A DNA stretch of 64,000 nt from Callorhinchus milii (taxonomy: Eukaryota), in the NCBI RefSeq assembly GCF_018977255.1, contig NW_024704742.1:107076001-107140000 (forward strand), in the 5' to 3' direction. Below, in pieces: positions 23,613 through 36,755 of this stretch (within the stretch, counting starts at the first letter, position 1; each line of letters begins with the position of its first letter). A program made the translations under genes and the position numbers. The notes below the pieces were generated by a model that saw only the letters and a program-made list of their open reading frames with translations, was not told where the DNA came from and did not search any database.

Positions 23613-24449
23613 AATACATTTGTTACAGTTCTTTGTGTGCCATTCACACAGGGTCAAAATCGAACCATGCTTCCTTGTGGCCGGACATGCCCTCAGTTTA
23701 AAAAATGCTAAAGGGAGCATTTTAAAAATGTGCAGAAAATTACTTTTAAAAAGTCATTCCCAGGGACAATGGGAATGATTTCCAATGTTGTCAGACAAGC
23801 ACTATTTGAAGACCAGATGATCTGGGGGCATTTGGATAACTTAACATATTTTTGTGAAGAAAAGTATCTCACAGTTCCTTGCGGCCTGCTCTGCTGGATT
23901 CTTTCTTTATGAGGAAGGCGAGTTGTACATCTGTTAGTCATATTGATGGCCACCCTGCATCTGTTCAGTTGGAACTACCTCTGCCAAATATAAATACTGT
24001 TGCTCCCTGACTTTTAACCGTTGACTGCTTATTCAGGAAGCAGCATGGAGAAAACAATCAGTACAAACCAGCAATAACTGTTGCCACAGTGATCTGGCCC
24101 CAAGCCAGAACTATTAATAAATAGTGTCCAATGCACTTGGTGCCAGACACACAATGATTCAGACTTGTGACACAGCAAACCACTGTCCCACCCAGTTACA
24201 CTAAATATTTAATTTTTGAGCATGGTTGAATCATTTTTTATCCACCAAATCAAAACTTTTTCAAGGTCTATTTTTCGTGTCTGGAAAATGGAAGGAAATT
24301 GAGAGGAAGAAAATGGACACAGAGAAAAGTAAAACGGTAAATTCCAGTAAATTTGGTGAAAATGTGTAAAATTTAGCCATTGGTTTGAGTTTTCTGCTTC
24401 TGTTCTGCTCCCACGCCAGTTTGGGTGCCAGCCAAGCTAGGACTGATAA

Positions 24450-24800
24450 GGACCTCGAGATTTCCTCCTGATGTGAAAGCCGCTATATAAATGTAAATTT
24501 GTATTGTATTGTAAAGATAGTCAAAGAACACTGTCTAAACAGCTCCTTCACTCTCAGACTGCTGGTGAGCGACTGTACAACAACAACAAATTACATTTGT
24601 ACAGCGCCTTTCACGTCGGGAGGACTGTAACTTGAACATCAGGAACAAAAACAACAACAACTTGCATTTATTTAGCGTCCCTCACGCAGGGTAGACCGCT
24701 TGACAGTGGCGGAGCACGAGGCCAAACCGGAAGGAGGAGGGAGGTGACCTTAAGCATTGTTGAAGAGGAACTTCTTCAGGAGCGACCTGAAGATAGGCAA
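24450..24800. mobile_element. Cluster of three L2 3' tails
   Basis: (+) tail ending tgtattgtattgta at 24450-24512; (-) tails at ~24578-24625 and ~24650-24800. Confidence 0.7.
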
Positions 24801-26344
24801 GAAGGTGTCCTGAGACACATTACGTACAGTGCCGGACTGTCATTCTGCACCATCTCAGTTCAGAGATCTGTGTGTGAGGACTTGATAGTAGAATAGAATT
24901 GTAACTGCAATGCACCATGCACATCCAGGAATCTGAAAGAACACAGAATCTAAATCAGAATCAGCGAATTTATTTCTTTTCAGAGAAACTCAATGTTTTC
25001 CAATTGACTTTCAAAACATAATCGGGCTATTTTTGGTAAAAAAAATCTATCAAAAGAAAATGATTTTAAAGCCCATTTGGGATAACGTAATATGTGAACT
25101 GTCAGACCACTGAATTGAGATTAGATTGGAATCTGATATCCAGGAAACAGTAACAGAATATCTTCATTTTCCACTTATTGTTATTTATTAATTGCTGATG
25201 AAAGCGTCATTGATTATGCTGAGCTATAAAATGAAGTCCTCTGTGACCTCTCCATAGCTTTCCAATATCCTCCAGCCCTATTCTCTCTGTTCTTCTGATT
25301 GTTTCCTCTCTACCTAAATCCCATCATCAGTGCCACTGTGACCTCATTCTCTGGACTTCTCTCCCCAAATCCCTGTCTCCCCCACACTTTCTCGCATTGC
25401 TTTCAAAACCATTTTAAAATGTTTACATCAAAGTTAGGTGGCATAGAAGTTTTGGCTTTGATTTCATATTGGTCAATAAATACCTTGGAGCTTTGCAGTG
25501 AATTAAGACAATGGTGGAATAATTAAAGTTTTTTTTGCTATTTTCCTTTAAAATTGTCCACTTACTGATTAATTTTTAAACAACAGCAACTTGCATTTAC
25601 ACAGCACCCCTAACGCTGGGTAGCGTCCCGGAGCGCTTAAACACATTGGATTGGAAAACCTACATTAATGTGACCATCCCCACATGATAGCATGCCGCCA
25701 AATAACATTCAAATAAAACTCTGTCTTTGCCAATTGTGGTTGTGTAGCAGTAGTTTTGCGCGGGTGTTATTTAGTGATATGCTTTGCAACAAGATTGAAA
25801 GTCCTATTGATAATGAGGCAGATTGCACTTGATGATAAAGCTGGACAAAATAACACGCTTTCATGTGATCAGATGTTCCAGCAATATCATAGTGGCACAG
25901 AATTCAATATACAATAACAGTGAGCCACGAGTGAGACTCCGAAGAATTCACATTCCCCAAGAGTGAAATTGGAGCAGTTTAAATGCAGTCTCTGGACCTT
26001 GAAATTGTCTTCTTACAGTACCTTCAATCTTTATCTTACCTAATAATTAGAAAACTGTGGCTTTGATTTTCTTTCTTGAACTTAGATATTTAGTATTTGG
26101 GAAGTTTTATTGACAGGTAGGTATGTTGAATAGCTACGCAAGAGACAGCAACAGTTACTGCTTAATACAAACAATGAGATCTGAACGGAGAGGGATGTTA
26201 CTGAGCGCTAAGAGAAAACACCACCAAAATCAGATCTTTCTGATTTGGATTACAGCACTTTACAGTACTGCCCATGGGGACAGCCTGCTACTTTATGTAC
26301 TTTGTATATCTGTATATCCTTATGTCCTTCGCATACCTCTCATC

Positions 26345-27068
26345 TCAGGTCGTTAACAGCATCAACATTGCATGGATGCGCACTCCACCTTGCAGAGCTG
26401 ATGAGGAACCTGGGTGTCTTGTTTCACTCCTGACTGTCCTTCAAATCCCATATCCGTGCTCTGACTCGCTCATCTTTCCCCCAACTTGTTAACGCCTGCT
26501 TCTGCCAGTACCTCTCCCAAAGGGTAGCCGAGACCCTCATTCATTTCATCGCATCCAGGCTCTGCTATGCCAACGCCCTGCTCACCGGACTCCCCCGTTC
26601 TTACCTACACAGGGAATAGTTTATCTAGAACTATGAAGCCCATGTCCTCTCCTGCACTAGACTCCATGAACCTATCATCCTGATCATTGCTCAGTTCCAC
26701 TTGCTCCCCATACCCCCACAAATCAAATTGAAGATCCTCGTTCTCACTTTCAAATCCTTCCACAATCTCTCCCCACTCTACCTCTGCATCCTCCTTTAAC
26801 CATATGCTCTGATCTCTCTGGCTTGATACATTTCTCCCACCCTAGCTGCTCCAGGCCAGAGGATGGGTATGCTTTCAACCATATAGAACTCCATCCCAGA
26901 GTCTGTTTGACTCCTCCCGCTTCCTCCGCTCATTCAAGGCCTGTCTCAAGTCGTGCCTCTTTGACTGCGCTTTCAGCTACCTCCCGGTACCCTTCATCTC
27001 CCACTCCTGAGTGCTTTGAAATGTCTTCCCGAAGTGAATTGTGCTATGTAATGCAATTTGTTGTTGTT
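26345..27068 (+). mobile_element. Degenerate L2 ORF2 C-terminus plus 3' tail
   Basis: aggaacctgggtgtcttgttt (RNLGVLF), catccaggctctgctatgccaacgccctgctcaccggactccc and aaattgaagatcctcgttctcactttcaaatcc align with 34075-34290. Many stops and frameshifts. Confidence 0.85.
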
Positions 27069-27239
27069 TGCAATGTCCTCCCAACGTGAAAGGCACTATT
27101 TAAATGTAAATTGTATTGTAGTGACTGTGTAATTTGTAGATGAACTTGACAGACAATTTGCACGCAGCAATGTCCCTCCAAACAGCCATAATTTTATCTG
27201 GATGATTATTGTCCAGAATACCGGGAGAAACTCCTCGAT

Positions 27240-27372
27240 AAAAAATATTAAGGAAGCTTAATGCATATATGAGAGAGAAGGGAGAAGAGGCCTAAGGAAA
27301 GGGGAATTACGATGGGTGGAGGCTCATATGGAGTGTAAATAGTGTCACAGATTAGTTGGGCCAAATGGCCTG
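27240..27372 (+). mobile_element. CR1 3' end fragment
   Basis: gggtggaggctcatatggagtgtaaat...ttagttgggccaaatggcctg, like 59195-59255. Confidence 0.65.
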
Positions 27373-28117
27373 TAAGAGTCCATGTGGTATTAAATTTGAT
27401 GCCTCTAATCACATTACTGACTTGATAGTTCCATAAAGATGAAGGCCAAATTCCCTACTAGTCTACTGAATTCCTTTGCAATGTGGTGGCAATTTGCTGA
27501 TGATATTGTAGGCGTGAGTAAACATCTCCAAGCAAGTATCCTTGTGGCTAGCAGATTTGGGATTATTTTCAAAGGATTCCTGATGATTTAGTGGGATCGG
27601 AACGTTGGGGTTTGGAAAATGCTTTGCAGTATGAATGGGTTTGGAAGGATTTGATTCATTTCATTCCTTGCCAAAGTTAGTGATGTCTTGTAATTTCCAG
27701 TGGAATGCATCTGTGTTTGGAGAAGTTATCCATATGTATATTAACAAAATCGTTCTTGTTTTAGACTTTGGATTTGGATCAATAAAGGGTCTGGATGGTT
27801 GGGAGGGGACTGAATCCAAATCCCAAAACCAAACTTACTGGAAATGTTATTGTTACAGGAAAGTGTACTTATGCCAAGCAAATGACTCAGATACATTATT
27901 TTTGTAAAATATATTGCATGAATCATTTCCTTCTATACTCTGTAAGAAAATTAAACTAACCTTTGGAAAATTACTGCCACAAATGGTGGTTATTGTGAAA
28001 TGTTCAATGTTTGACTGCTTTTGACTAATTCTTGCTTCCTTCTACATTTTAATTGTAGCTGTTCACTTTTCTGATCTCTGCATTGTGTTATAATATAATA
28101 TTTAAATGACATCCTGT

Positions 28118-28450
28118 CTGAATTGATAGCACTCATGACTCAGAGTCAGAAGACTGTGGGTTCAAGCTCCACATTAGGGACTGTGTTCTTATTGTCAAGG
28201 CTGACACTAGTGTAATCCTGGGGTAGCGCTGCATTGTCAGACCTGCTGTCCTTCAGTAAAACACACCTGCCTGTTCAGGTGGATCATAAAAATTGTATTG
28301 CACTATTCGAAAAGGGAAGGTAGTTTCTCCCGATGCCCTGGCCAACAACCCCTCATTGAATTGGTCATTCACTTCAATGCTGTTGATTGGGATATTGCTG
28401 TGTGCAAAATTGGCTGTTGAATTTGCCACCAAAAGTACATTTACAGTATA
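28118..28450 (+). mobile_element. Deu-domain SINE lacking its tail
   Basis: gatagcactcatgactcagagtcagaagactgtgggttcaag head and ctgttcaggtggat...gcactattcgaaaag...ccctggccaac core. Confidence 0.8.
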
Positions 28451-30439
28451 TATAATAATAATCCTGCATGACAAAATATTGAATAAAAAGAGATGCCAGC
28501 CTTGGAATAACTTGAATTAAATTCAAGGGGAGCCTGGCACCAGGCACTAGTTTACTGATTCAGAGCACGACAACAACCCTGCGCTTCTGGAGCCAAAGAA
28601 TATTTCAGTAAGAATCAGAATCAACTGTCGAGCGGCAATTTTCCCATACAAATGTATGAGCAGAGTGAGGCAGTGGAGTTTAAAATGCAATATTCACAAC
28701 CAGGGAATCGCCTTTCAGGCCGGCTTCTTACCTTCAGCTTTTTTTTATCAGCAGTAAAAAGGCCCAAAAGGTTTGGAGGAAAGGTCAGAGAGCAAATCAT
28801 CAGTCACTAACTGGCCTTTGCTGTCCCTAAGGATTGCTTCACCGCTCCAATTTTTTAAAGCAAATTTAACAATAAATCCTACAATATCATTTACAAATTG
28901 GAAATCACTAGCCGTTTACTTGCAGGTTGTGAATATCATATCTAGAATCCCAAAGAGGCAATTTTACTAGGAATGAACCAGAACAATTTAGAGGTTAATT
29001 AACTTGTGAACTCCTATTACTTGCAGTTCATGTTACTGGGAGAACTGAAAAAAATGTGGGTCTTTTGAATAATTACAATAATTGGGAATTGGGAATTTAC
29101 ATTCTGGGAAGATAAGGACAGGAAACATTTAATGTGAAATTCGAGGTTGCAAATCTATTAAATGGTTGCACTTATTGAGGTTGAGAATCAAAAAAACAGC
29201 TAGGCATGTTGGACCAAGAGGACTTTTCCTGTTCCTAAATTCATATTTTTAATCTTGATCTTTATTTGTGTGACATTTGGGAGAAGCATTGATTTGCTAT
29301 CATTTTATGCCAGCTGCTAAATTCATCAGAGGGGAAAATAGACGATAAATGGTTCTTCACAATCCGTGCAATTCGGATTTGTTCAATTTTTGTGCATATG
29401 TAATTGTGTTCTCTACTGTAACTGAGACGTAAAAATGTTTGTTGCTCCTGTTGTTGTTTATTGTTCCGCATTGTACGGGGTGCTAAATATCAGAGGTTAC
29501 TGTGTAGAAAAATAAATAAGTCCTAAACAGTACCAGAATTGCTTTTTGAGAAAATATCCTAAATTCTTCTATAGCAGCAAAAATTTACGGGGACCAGAGC
29601 ATCAATAAATCATTGACACTTCAGCTTTAACTCACCAAGAAGTTAATCACACGCTTCCAGAGCGGAATGAAATTAGCTGCAATGACAAACAAATGCAACT
29701 TCTGCAGAGTGCGATAATTTTGGTGCTGTTTCTCTGATTTGAATGACCATTTACAAATATGGAAATCTCTACAAGCAGACTCGCAGTGGGGTGAGGAGTT
29801 AATCCAGCTTGTGTTAGCCCGAATTGTGAGGGGATGATGGGACTGTGGGGAGAGATGCAATATATATTGCAGCAAAGTGAATCATTGGGCCTAATAATGA
29901 TGCGCTTTTAAGACCTAAGTGGTATATTTTATGAAGAATGTTGTCTGTGTCTCAATTGGGTTACATTGACTTGCTGAGTACTCAGCATTTCTTCTCTCTG
30001 AGTATAAACAGATTTCCCATGTTGAAAAATAAATACTTATAATACTTGTATTTGATATAACGTCCTATAATGTTGAAACATCTCAAAATCTTTTAAGGGC
30101 AGTAGATGTCAAAGATGGTGATTGTGTATTTGTAGGCAAGCATGGTAACCATCTTATGAGCAACAAGGCCATTAATTAAATGACTAATTTATCAGAAGGA
30201 TTGTTGGCTAGGACAACAGTTTGCTTCACAACAGGAAGCAGATGGTTGCTGTAGAAATTCCAAATTCTCTTTAAGATTAGGCCACAATTGTGGGAAGGAT
30301 CATTGTCGTTACATTGGTGTGTTTTGGAGCAGGTTGTGTTGGAAGAGCCTACTCTAGCTAACAGTTGGTGGTGTAACCAACTGTCTGGCAATGTGGACCC
30401 TCTGTCACCTTTAATCCCTTCATATTCTTGACCTCACCT

Positions 30440-30695
30440 TATCTCTGTCACCTCGTCAAACTGTACCAACCCGGCCGCTCCCTTCACTCAGCGGGGACTG
30501 GCCGACTTCATGTCCCCCACCCTACCCACACTATGATTGGCAGTCAGGCTTTCAGCCCATCCACCCCCATGCTCTGAAGCCCCTCTGAATCTCCCCGACC
30601 CCACTCTTCTCACTCCCCTCAGCTCCCATACCCAGGATTTAAGCACTTTGGAACGTCTTCCGAACATGAAAAGTACCGTGTAAATGTATATTTGT
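30440..30695 (+). mobile_element. Degenerate L2 3' fragment
   Basis: tatgattggcagtcaggctttcagcc and the tail aagcactttggaacgtcttccgaacatgaaaagtaccgtgtaaatgta. Confidence 0.6.
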
Positions 30696-31060
30696 ACAAA
30701 TTAATGTACAAATGGGCCATCCATGCCTGGCTTGCTAAGCATGTGATAAGGAACATGTGACCAACATCTGTCTTCAAGATGATGATGAGACTTTAGGGCA
30801 AATGCAAAACAAGGCTTTATTTGAATAAAGCTTTACTGAAGAGAAGAGCCAGAAATGTGTACCACGCAGAATATTGATCTGTATATCTGGGTCACATTTG
30901 TAGTCAGATGAAGAGATTTCTTCAAAACTGAATGTAAAATAACCTGATGTACATAATCCTTGTTTTTGATACAGCGCCTTAAATGTAAGGATTGCGTCTC
31001 AAGAGATTAGGTTTGATGGGAAGTGAAGGATGGTCCCTTATCCCCCACCCCCGCCACCCC

Positions 31061-31082
31061 ACACACACACACACACACACAC
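31061..31082. repeat. (AC)11 microsatellite
   Basis: Direct reading. Confidence 0.95.
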
Positions 31083-32261
31083 GCACTCCTCCCGTAACTC
31101 TGGCCAAGCCCAGGCCTAAATGTTCAGCCGTCAATAAAAATTTTCTATTAATAGATGATCCTGGAGACTTTTATACTTATTGTCCTGAGGACCCTTACTT
31201 CACTTTACTCCACTGACCAGGCTTCATAGTACTGCTGGACTGCACATACAACAGTGCACCAAGATAACGCAGTAGTTTTCAGGCCGTCATAAATATAAAT
31301 GTATATAATTTATATAAGTGTAATTTAGTTGTTGTTGTTGTCATGTACATTCACCGTCACGAGACGCCAGATGCAGCCTAATCAAAATCAAACAAAGAAT
31401 TTCCTGAGGTGTTTTGGATTGACAGTATGAAAATGGCCATACTGACTGACTGCTCGTAAACTGCCCAGATAAGCAGACAATTATTTATAGTCCCTGTCTT
31501 TGCTAGTCATACTAAGTTTGGGGGAAGAGTAAAACTAATATTGATTGTGGTTCCAGACCAACAAACCAAAGCATTTCCACTCAGGTTACAGAAGAGCCTC
31601 GAGTCTGCCGCAGTGCTTTCAACCTTCAGCTTTGTGTGTATTTTTCTAGGCTATTGCTCTCAATTACACACAATACTTAAAATAGATAAACCAAATCACT
31701 CAGAACTATGACTACAAACAGCTCATATTCATTATTAATTAGTTACTGTTAAAATAGTCTTTAAGACTGATATCATTTGAAAAAGATAGAGTAGCACTGA
31801 AAGTTTTCTAAACGTTCAGCCATCAGTAACTTTGTTCTATCAATAGATGAACTGAGAGACTTTTATATTTACTTTTGTATTTATTCTGAGAACCTTCACT
31901 TTATCAGGCTTCACAGTACTGCTGGACTGCACAAACAACATTGCACCAAGATAACACAATAGCTTTCAGGTCGGAGCTAAGTAAGCAGTGCTTTTCAGAG
32001 TTATCAATGGGTATTTTGGTTTCTACATTAGGACTCGGAAACGTTTAAATGCCCTTTCAAATTAAAATTTGCTTTGAAAATGTCAGATACCAGGATGAGG
32101 CAATTGAGTTTGAAATTGAACCCCTTCAGTTCATTGTTGGGCTGATTATTACTGCAGGGGACAACTGAGTGGTGTGGAGCCTGAAGACCTGAACTAAAGT
32201 TGCATTTGAAGTCGCTGAATTTGTAATGAAATTTCTTAGACTAGATTAGTTGCCAAGCTTT

Positions 32262-32497
32262 GCGAGTTAGTTTGTTTTCAGCTGGAGTCGCAGTAGGAAG
32301 GGAGTTGCAATTGCCTTGAGCACCCCTAGGTTGGGCAGTGTAAGATCAGTGTAAGGTTGGGCAAGGTCCTCAGTCCTCATTGCTATCGTGTACGCCTTGC
32401 TGGAAATTATGCTTCTTTAAATATCGGTTGAGGTCAGAATTATGTTTGGCTCTGATGCCCTCCTCTTAACTGAATAGCCTGCCAGCATTCACTGTTT
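32262..32497 (+). mobile_element. LF-SINE-like remnant
   Basis: gagttag...cagtagg...caattgccttgagcacccctagg...ccttgctggaaa...ggttgaggtcagaat...ggctctgatgccctcc...gaatagcctgccagcattcactgt follows the recalled LF-SINE motif order. Confidence 0.7.
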
Positions 32498-33499
32498 GAA
32501 CTGATTGGAAATCTAACAATGAGTATCATTTCCATTTATCTAAATGCTAATGTGCTATTGTGCAGACGACCTCCAGCTGATGAATGACAGTTATATTGAA
32601 TTGGTTATCAACGTCTGTTGCATCCTCTCTTTGACAATGACCACAAGACGGATTGCTTATCCCAAACCAAGATTTAACACCTGTCTGCAATGACCACATG
32701 GAACTGTATGAGATTTCAATGTGTGAGTGACAGAGTCAACAATACAGATTTAGAATACAGGTCCTCCCAGAAGATTTATCTAAAATCTAAATTTTTATCT
32801 CTTATGGACTCTGGGGTTGGGTATGCACCATGTGCACAGAGACCGTTATAGGGCTTAGGAATGGGTCAATATTGTGGAAGGAAAGAGGTTTAGACTGAAT
32901 CAAGGTGATGGGGGCCAGGGATGACCAAAATGTTGGTGTTTTGGTTGTTTGAAATTAGGATTCTATGTTTTCATCAAAGAGATAAGGCTTGGTGAGCTGA
33001 ATACTCTATTCTTGTGCCATGGTTTCTGATGTTCTTTGATGCAGTACTTCACCAGTTCCTAACTTAAAAGAATTTACCATTAATTACTGAAATCTTCAAA
33101 AGTATTCTGTGCCACATTAAGTGGCACAGGAACAGTTTGCAATGATCTATAATTGAATTTGTGCTGTTTTGTAGTGGCACTTGGGTCCAGTTTTGGATTG
33201 ATGCTAAAGAGCCGGTGATGTAAATCTAAAGCACTTGACGGACTTGCACAAAACGCTGAAATTGTTTTATTAAAAAATAAATTCCTGTCACGTGGCCTTG
33301 GGCATCGATCACATCTAAAGACTTTTCGATTGTGCCTATGGTCGCCTCACTCCTCTCCCTGGCTCAGTATCAAGCTCCGTATTTGTTCAGCGTTCTGAGA
33401 TGCTACTATAATAATAAAAGTTTGCTGTGCATGAAGAGCACTGTATAAATGCAAGTTGTTGTTAATAAGACCTCTTCCTGGGAGACTCTGTGACAGAAT

Positions 33500-33750
33500 C
33501 TCCTTCTATGAGAGGTTAAACTGAAGCTTCGTCTATCTGTTCAGGTAGATGTTAGAGATTCCACGGTACTCTTTGAAAAAAGAAGGGAATTTCTCAAGGT
33601 GACCTGGCCAACAATCCCCAAAATAAAATCGGGCATTCACTTCATGGCTGTATGCAAATTGGCTGCTGCATTTGCCCACAAAACATAGAGTCCCTTGCAA
33701 TATATCCTGTGAAGTATTTTGAGGCAACCTCTCAATGTGAAAGGTGCTGT
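33500..33750 (+). mobile_element. Deu-domain SINE fragment
   Basis: tctgttcaggtagatgttagagattccacggtactctttgaaa...cctggccaacaatccc core followed by the tail. Confidence 0.75.
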
Positions 33751-34069
33751 TGGGGTAAAACATTTTCCAGTTCACAGATCGACTTTGTAATTGGACAATT
33801 TCAGGTAGGTTTTCCAGTGTGGATTTAGTGAGAGGCTTCAGGGGTCACACCAATGAAATTGGCATAATGTAGCAAAATAATATTAAACTCTTCCTTTTTG
33901 TTTTTAATTATGAGAACCAAAGGAGTAGACTAAAGGAGTAGACGATCTACAAAACGATACAAAAAAAACTCCAACATCCCAGCAATAATAACTGTACTGT
34001 CATTTCCAGTTTTATCATGTGCAGGTGTAGATTTATCTTTCAAACCTGCTAAGTATTCAAATGGTATAT

Positions 34070-34678
34070 GGTGCCTTTATCACCTCAAGGCTGGACTATG
34101 GGAACTCTCTCCTCACCGGTCTTCCCGCCACCTCCCTCCACAAGCTGCAGGTCATTCAGAACTCTGCAGCTCGTGTACTGTCCCGCACCAGGCTTCGGGA
34201 CCACATCACTCCCACCCTCGCTCGCCTCCACTGGCTCCCCATCCCCCAGAGGATCAAATTCAAGATCCTCATCCTCACCTACAAAGCCATTCACGGCCTT
34301 GCTCTCTCCTACCTCTCCGACCTACTATCCCCCTATTTACCTGCCCGTACCCTCCGTTCCTCTGGCTCCGGTCTGCTCCACATCCCCCACCCCAACCGCC
34401 CTACCATCGGTGGCCGGCCCTTCAGCCTCTCAGCCCCTAGGCTCTGGAACTCTATCCCCCAGTGCCTTCGCCGCCTCCTCCCTTTCCTTCTCAAGACCTT
34501 TCTCTTCGACCGTGCCTTCAACTCCCCTCTCGACTCTCTACCCCTCCTCGCTCCCTCCCTTCCCTCCAGTCACCCTGACCATTTCCCCTGATTGGGTCCC
34601 GACCCAACTGTCCAGCGCCTTGGGACGTCCTCCCGACGTGAAAGGCGCTCTATAAATGAAATCTTGTTGTTGTTGTTG
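34070..34678 (+). mobile_element. 5'-truncated L2 LINE (ORF2 C-terminus, 3' UTR, stem-loop, (ttg)n tail)
   Basis: AFITSRLDYGNSLLTGLP...IQNSAARVL...HITPTLARLHWLPIPQRIKFKILILTYKA is the typical L2 ORF2 C-terminal block. CpGs are retained, so the copy is relatively young. Confidence 0.95.
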
Positions 34679-36539
34679 AGGAGTTGTCCAATACCAATAC
34701 AAGCTGTGAGGACTTGTGTAATAACCAATGTAAGTAGGAGTGTAAGTACATGTATTTACAGTATACTATGGTTTTAAGGAACACAATGGGCTTTCATGCC
34801 CTGGTCAACAATTCCCTTTCCCACCCTCCAAATAAATTGGTCGTTCAGTTCATGGCTGTTTGTGGGACATTGTTGGTACAAATTGGCTTCCACATTCGCT
34901 TGCAAAATACCCAGTCACTACAGTTTGCACTAAACACTGTGAAGTAGTTTGAGATGTTTCAATAATGTGATATTTTTGGTCATCCAGGTGACTGACACAT
35001 GCAGAAATGCATCACAATGCTTAAATGTATCCAAATCAAACAGAATTCCATGCATTCCCATTATACATGGAAGCTCTGGAGATATTTATTGGAATGTGCA
35101 CTCTCTCCCTGGAGGGACCCATCCTGCTTACCTAATTCTGGAGAGTATTAGATGCAGGTTGACAAGAGCCAAGGCTTGAGGACCCCAGAGTGTGTGTTGG
35201 AGTACTTCTGGGATTTAAACAGCCAAAACAGCATAGATCACCATTGAAAGTACTGTCTGACAAACCTTCCCTCAACCCCAAGCCTCAGTTTCCTCATCAG
35301 CTAATCGATGGACATCTGCCTTCAGTATGGTGTGAAGGTGTTGACAGGACAGCTTGTCATGCCAGCTACCTTGATGTTCTCAAGGTACAATGCCATGTAC
35401 CAGGTTTACTCAGCACTGGCTGCTTAATGTTTTATATATATATATATAATCCTTGTATCTGATACATGATGTGATAGGGAACTATATCAAACACAACGAT
35501 GAATAATATATATATAATGGACAAGTTTGTATCATTTAGTAGAGGCAAGATTATTCAGGACATACTGTTAACAAAAGGAGCTAAGGGACATGCAGAATCT
35601 TCACTCAGGAGATGAAATTGGAACAGGGTAAGAATGTACACGTTTCACGAAAAAGGAACTTTTCTTATTCTGTGACCCTTCATTTACTTTTAGGCAACTG
35701 GGAGAGAAATATGAAACAGTAACTCAACCAAGGAAAACTGGGATTACAAACTGCTAGAATGAAATGAGAAGAGTCTATAAATGTCATCTTATCTCCGACA
35801 CACAAATATCCCCATTATATGTTGTTACAAGTGTGTGCGACATAGACAAATATATGGATACAACTTAATGTGTCTGGCAGAAGCTTTAATGGTATTATTA
35901 GGTTGTCATTGGGAATATCTGTATTTTTGACCTGCGGAGAGACTATTTACTAAGCGTTCTGAGGGAGGGGATATAAATGATTATACTGTACATTCAGAAT
36001 GTGACAGCTCCTTTTCTGCAACATAAATAAATACTGTATAAATACTCCTGATTCATTAGGCTAGTTTGGTACTCCTGCTGAAAGAAGTTTATTGGGTCAG
36101 CCTTCTTGTAACATGTCAGGGCTGTACAGACCCGGCTTTAAGAACGACGATCAGTTTACAAGATCTGTTACTGGGCCGCAGGCATACAGCGGTGACAATT
36201 CATGCCTGTTGACACTTGAAAATTAATTGTATTTAGTGACTCTTAAGGGGTTATTTTGCTCTATTCACTCAATGTCTCCAATTTGGTGATGTGTCCTCTG
36301 GTCCATTCTGCTCCATTCATTACGTTTTATCATATTTGTCACTTTGTATATAATTATCGTATGTAATTTAATTTAAAATTTATAATATAATATCATTAGA
36401 ATTTGAAGTTTCGTTTGTCATTTATAAGGTCAAGGCAACAAATCTATTAACCTTATTTTCTATTTGAGTCATATCTAATTATCCCTTAGAGTCAGAGCTA
36501 AGTTAGGTGTCATTAAGGTTTGTACCTGAGATGGTAACC

Positions 36540-36755
36540 TCACCCTCTGTCAACATGAACAGGCAGACGGGACCTCGGTTTAACATCTCATCTGAAGGAT
36601 GGCATCTCCGACTATGCAGTGCTTCCCCTCACCTCACCCCCGCAGCACTGCATTGGAGTACAAGCTTAGACTATGTGATTCCAAACCCTGAAATGGGTCT
36701 TGATTCCTCAGTATTCTAACTCAAGAAACGTGAGTGCTACCACTGAGCCAGACTG
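36540..36755 (-). mobile_element. Deu-domain SINE 5' half
   Basis: tgaacaggcagacgggacctcggtttaacatctcatctgaaggatggc...gagtgctaccactgagcca. Confidence 0.8.

Noticed and set aside
23868..23940. Exon-like FLAACSAGFFLYEEGELYIC after ctcacag
   Set aside because: No polypyrimidine tract, an early stop codon and no clear donor.
33918..33942. Short tandem duplications (aaaggagtagac x2; similar at ~5782, ~52538, ~61238)
   Set aside because: Ordinary slippage-type micro-duplications with no further structure.
35630..35690. Second hammerhead-like motif on the minus strand (tgaagggtcac...gaaacgtg)
   Set aside because: It lacks CUGANGA and a paired stem II, and I saw no clear Penelope context.
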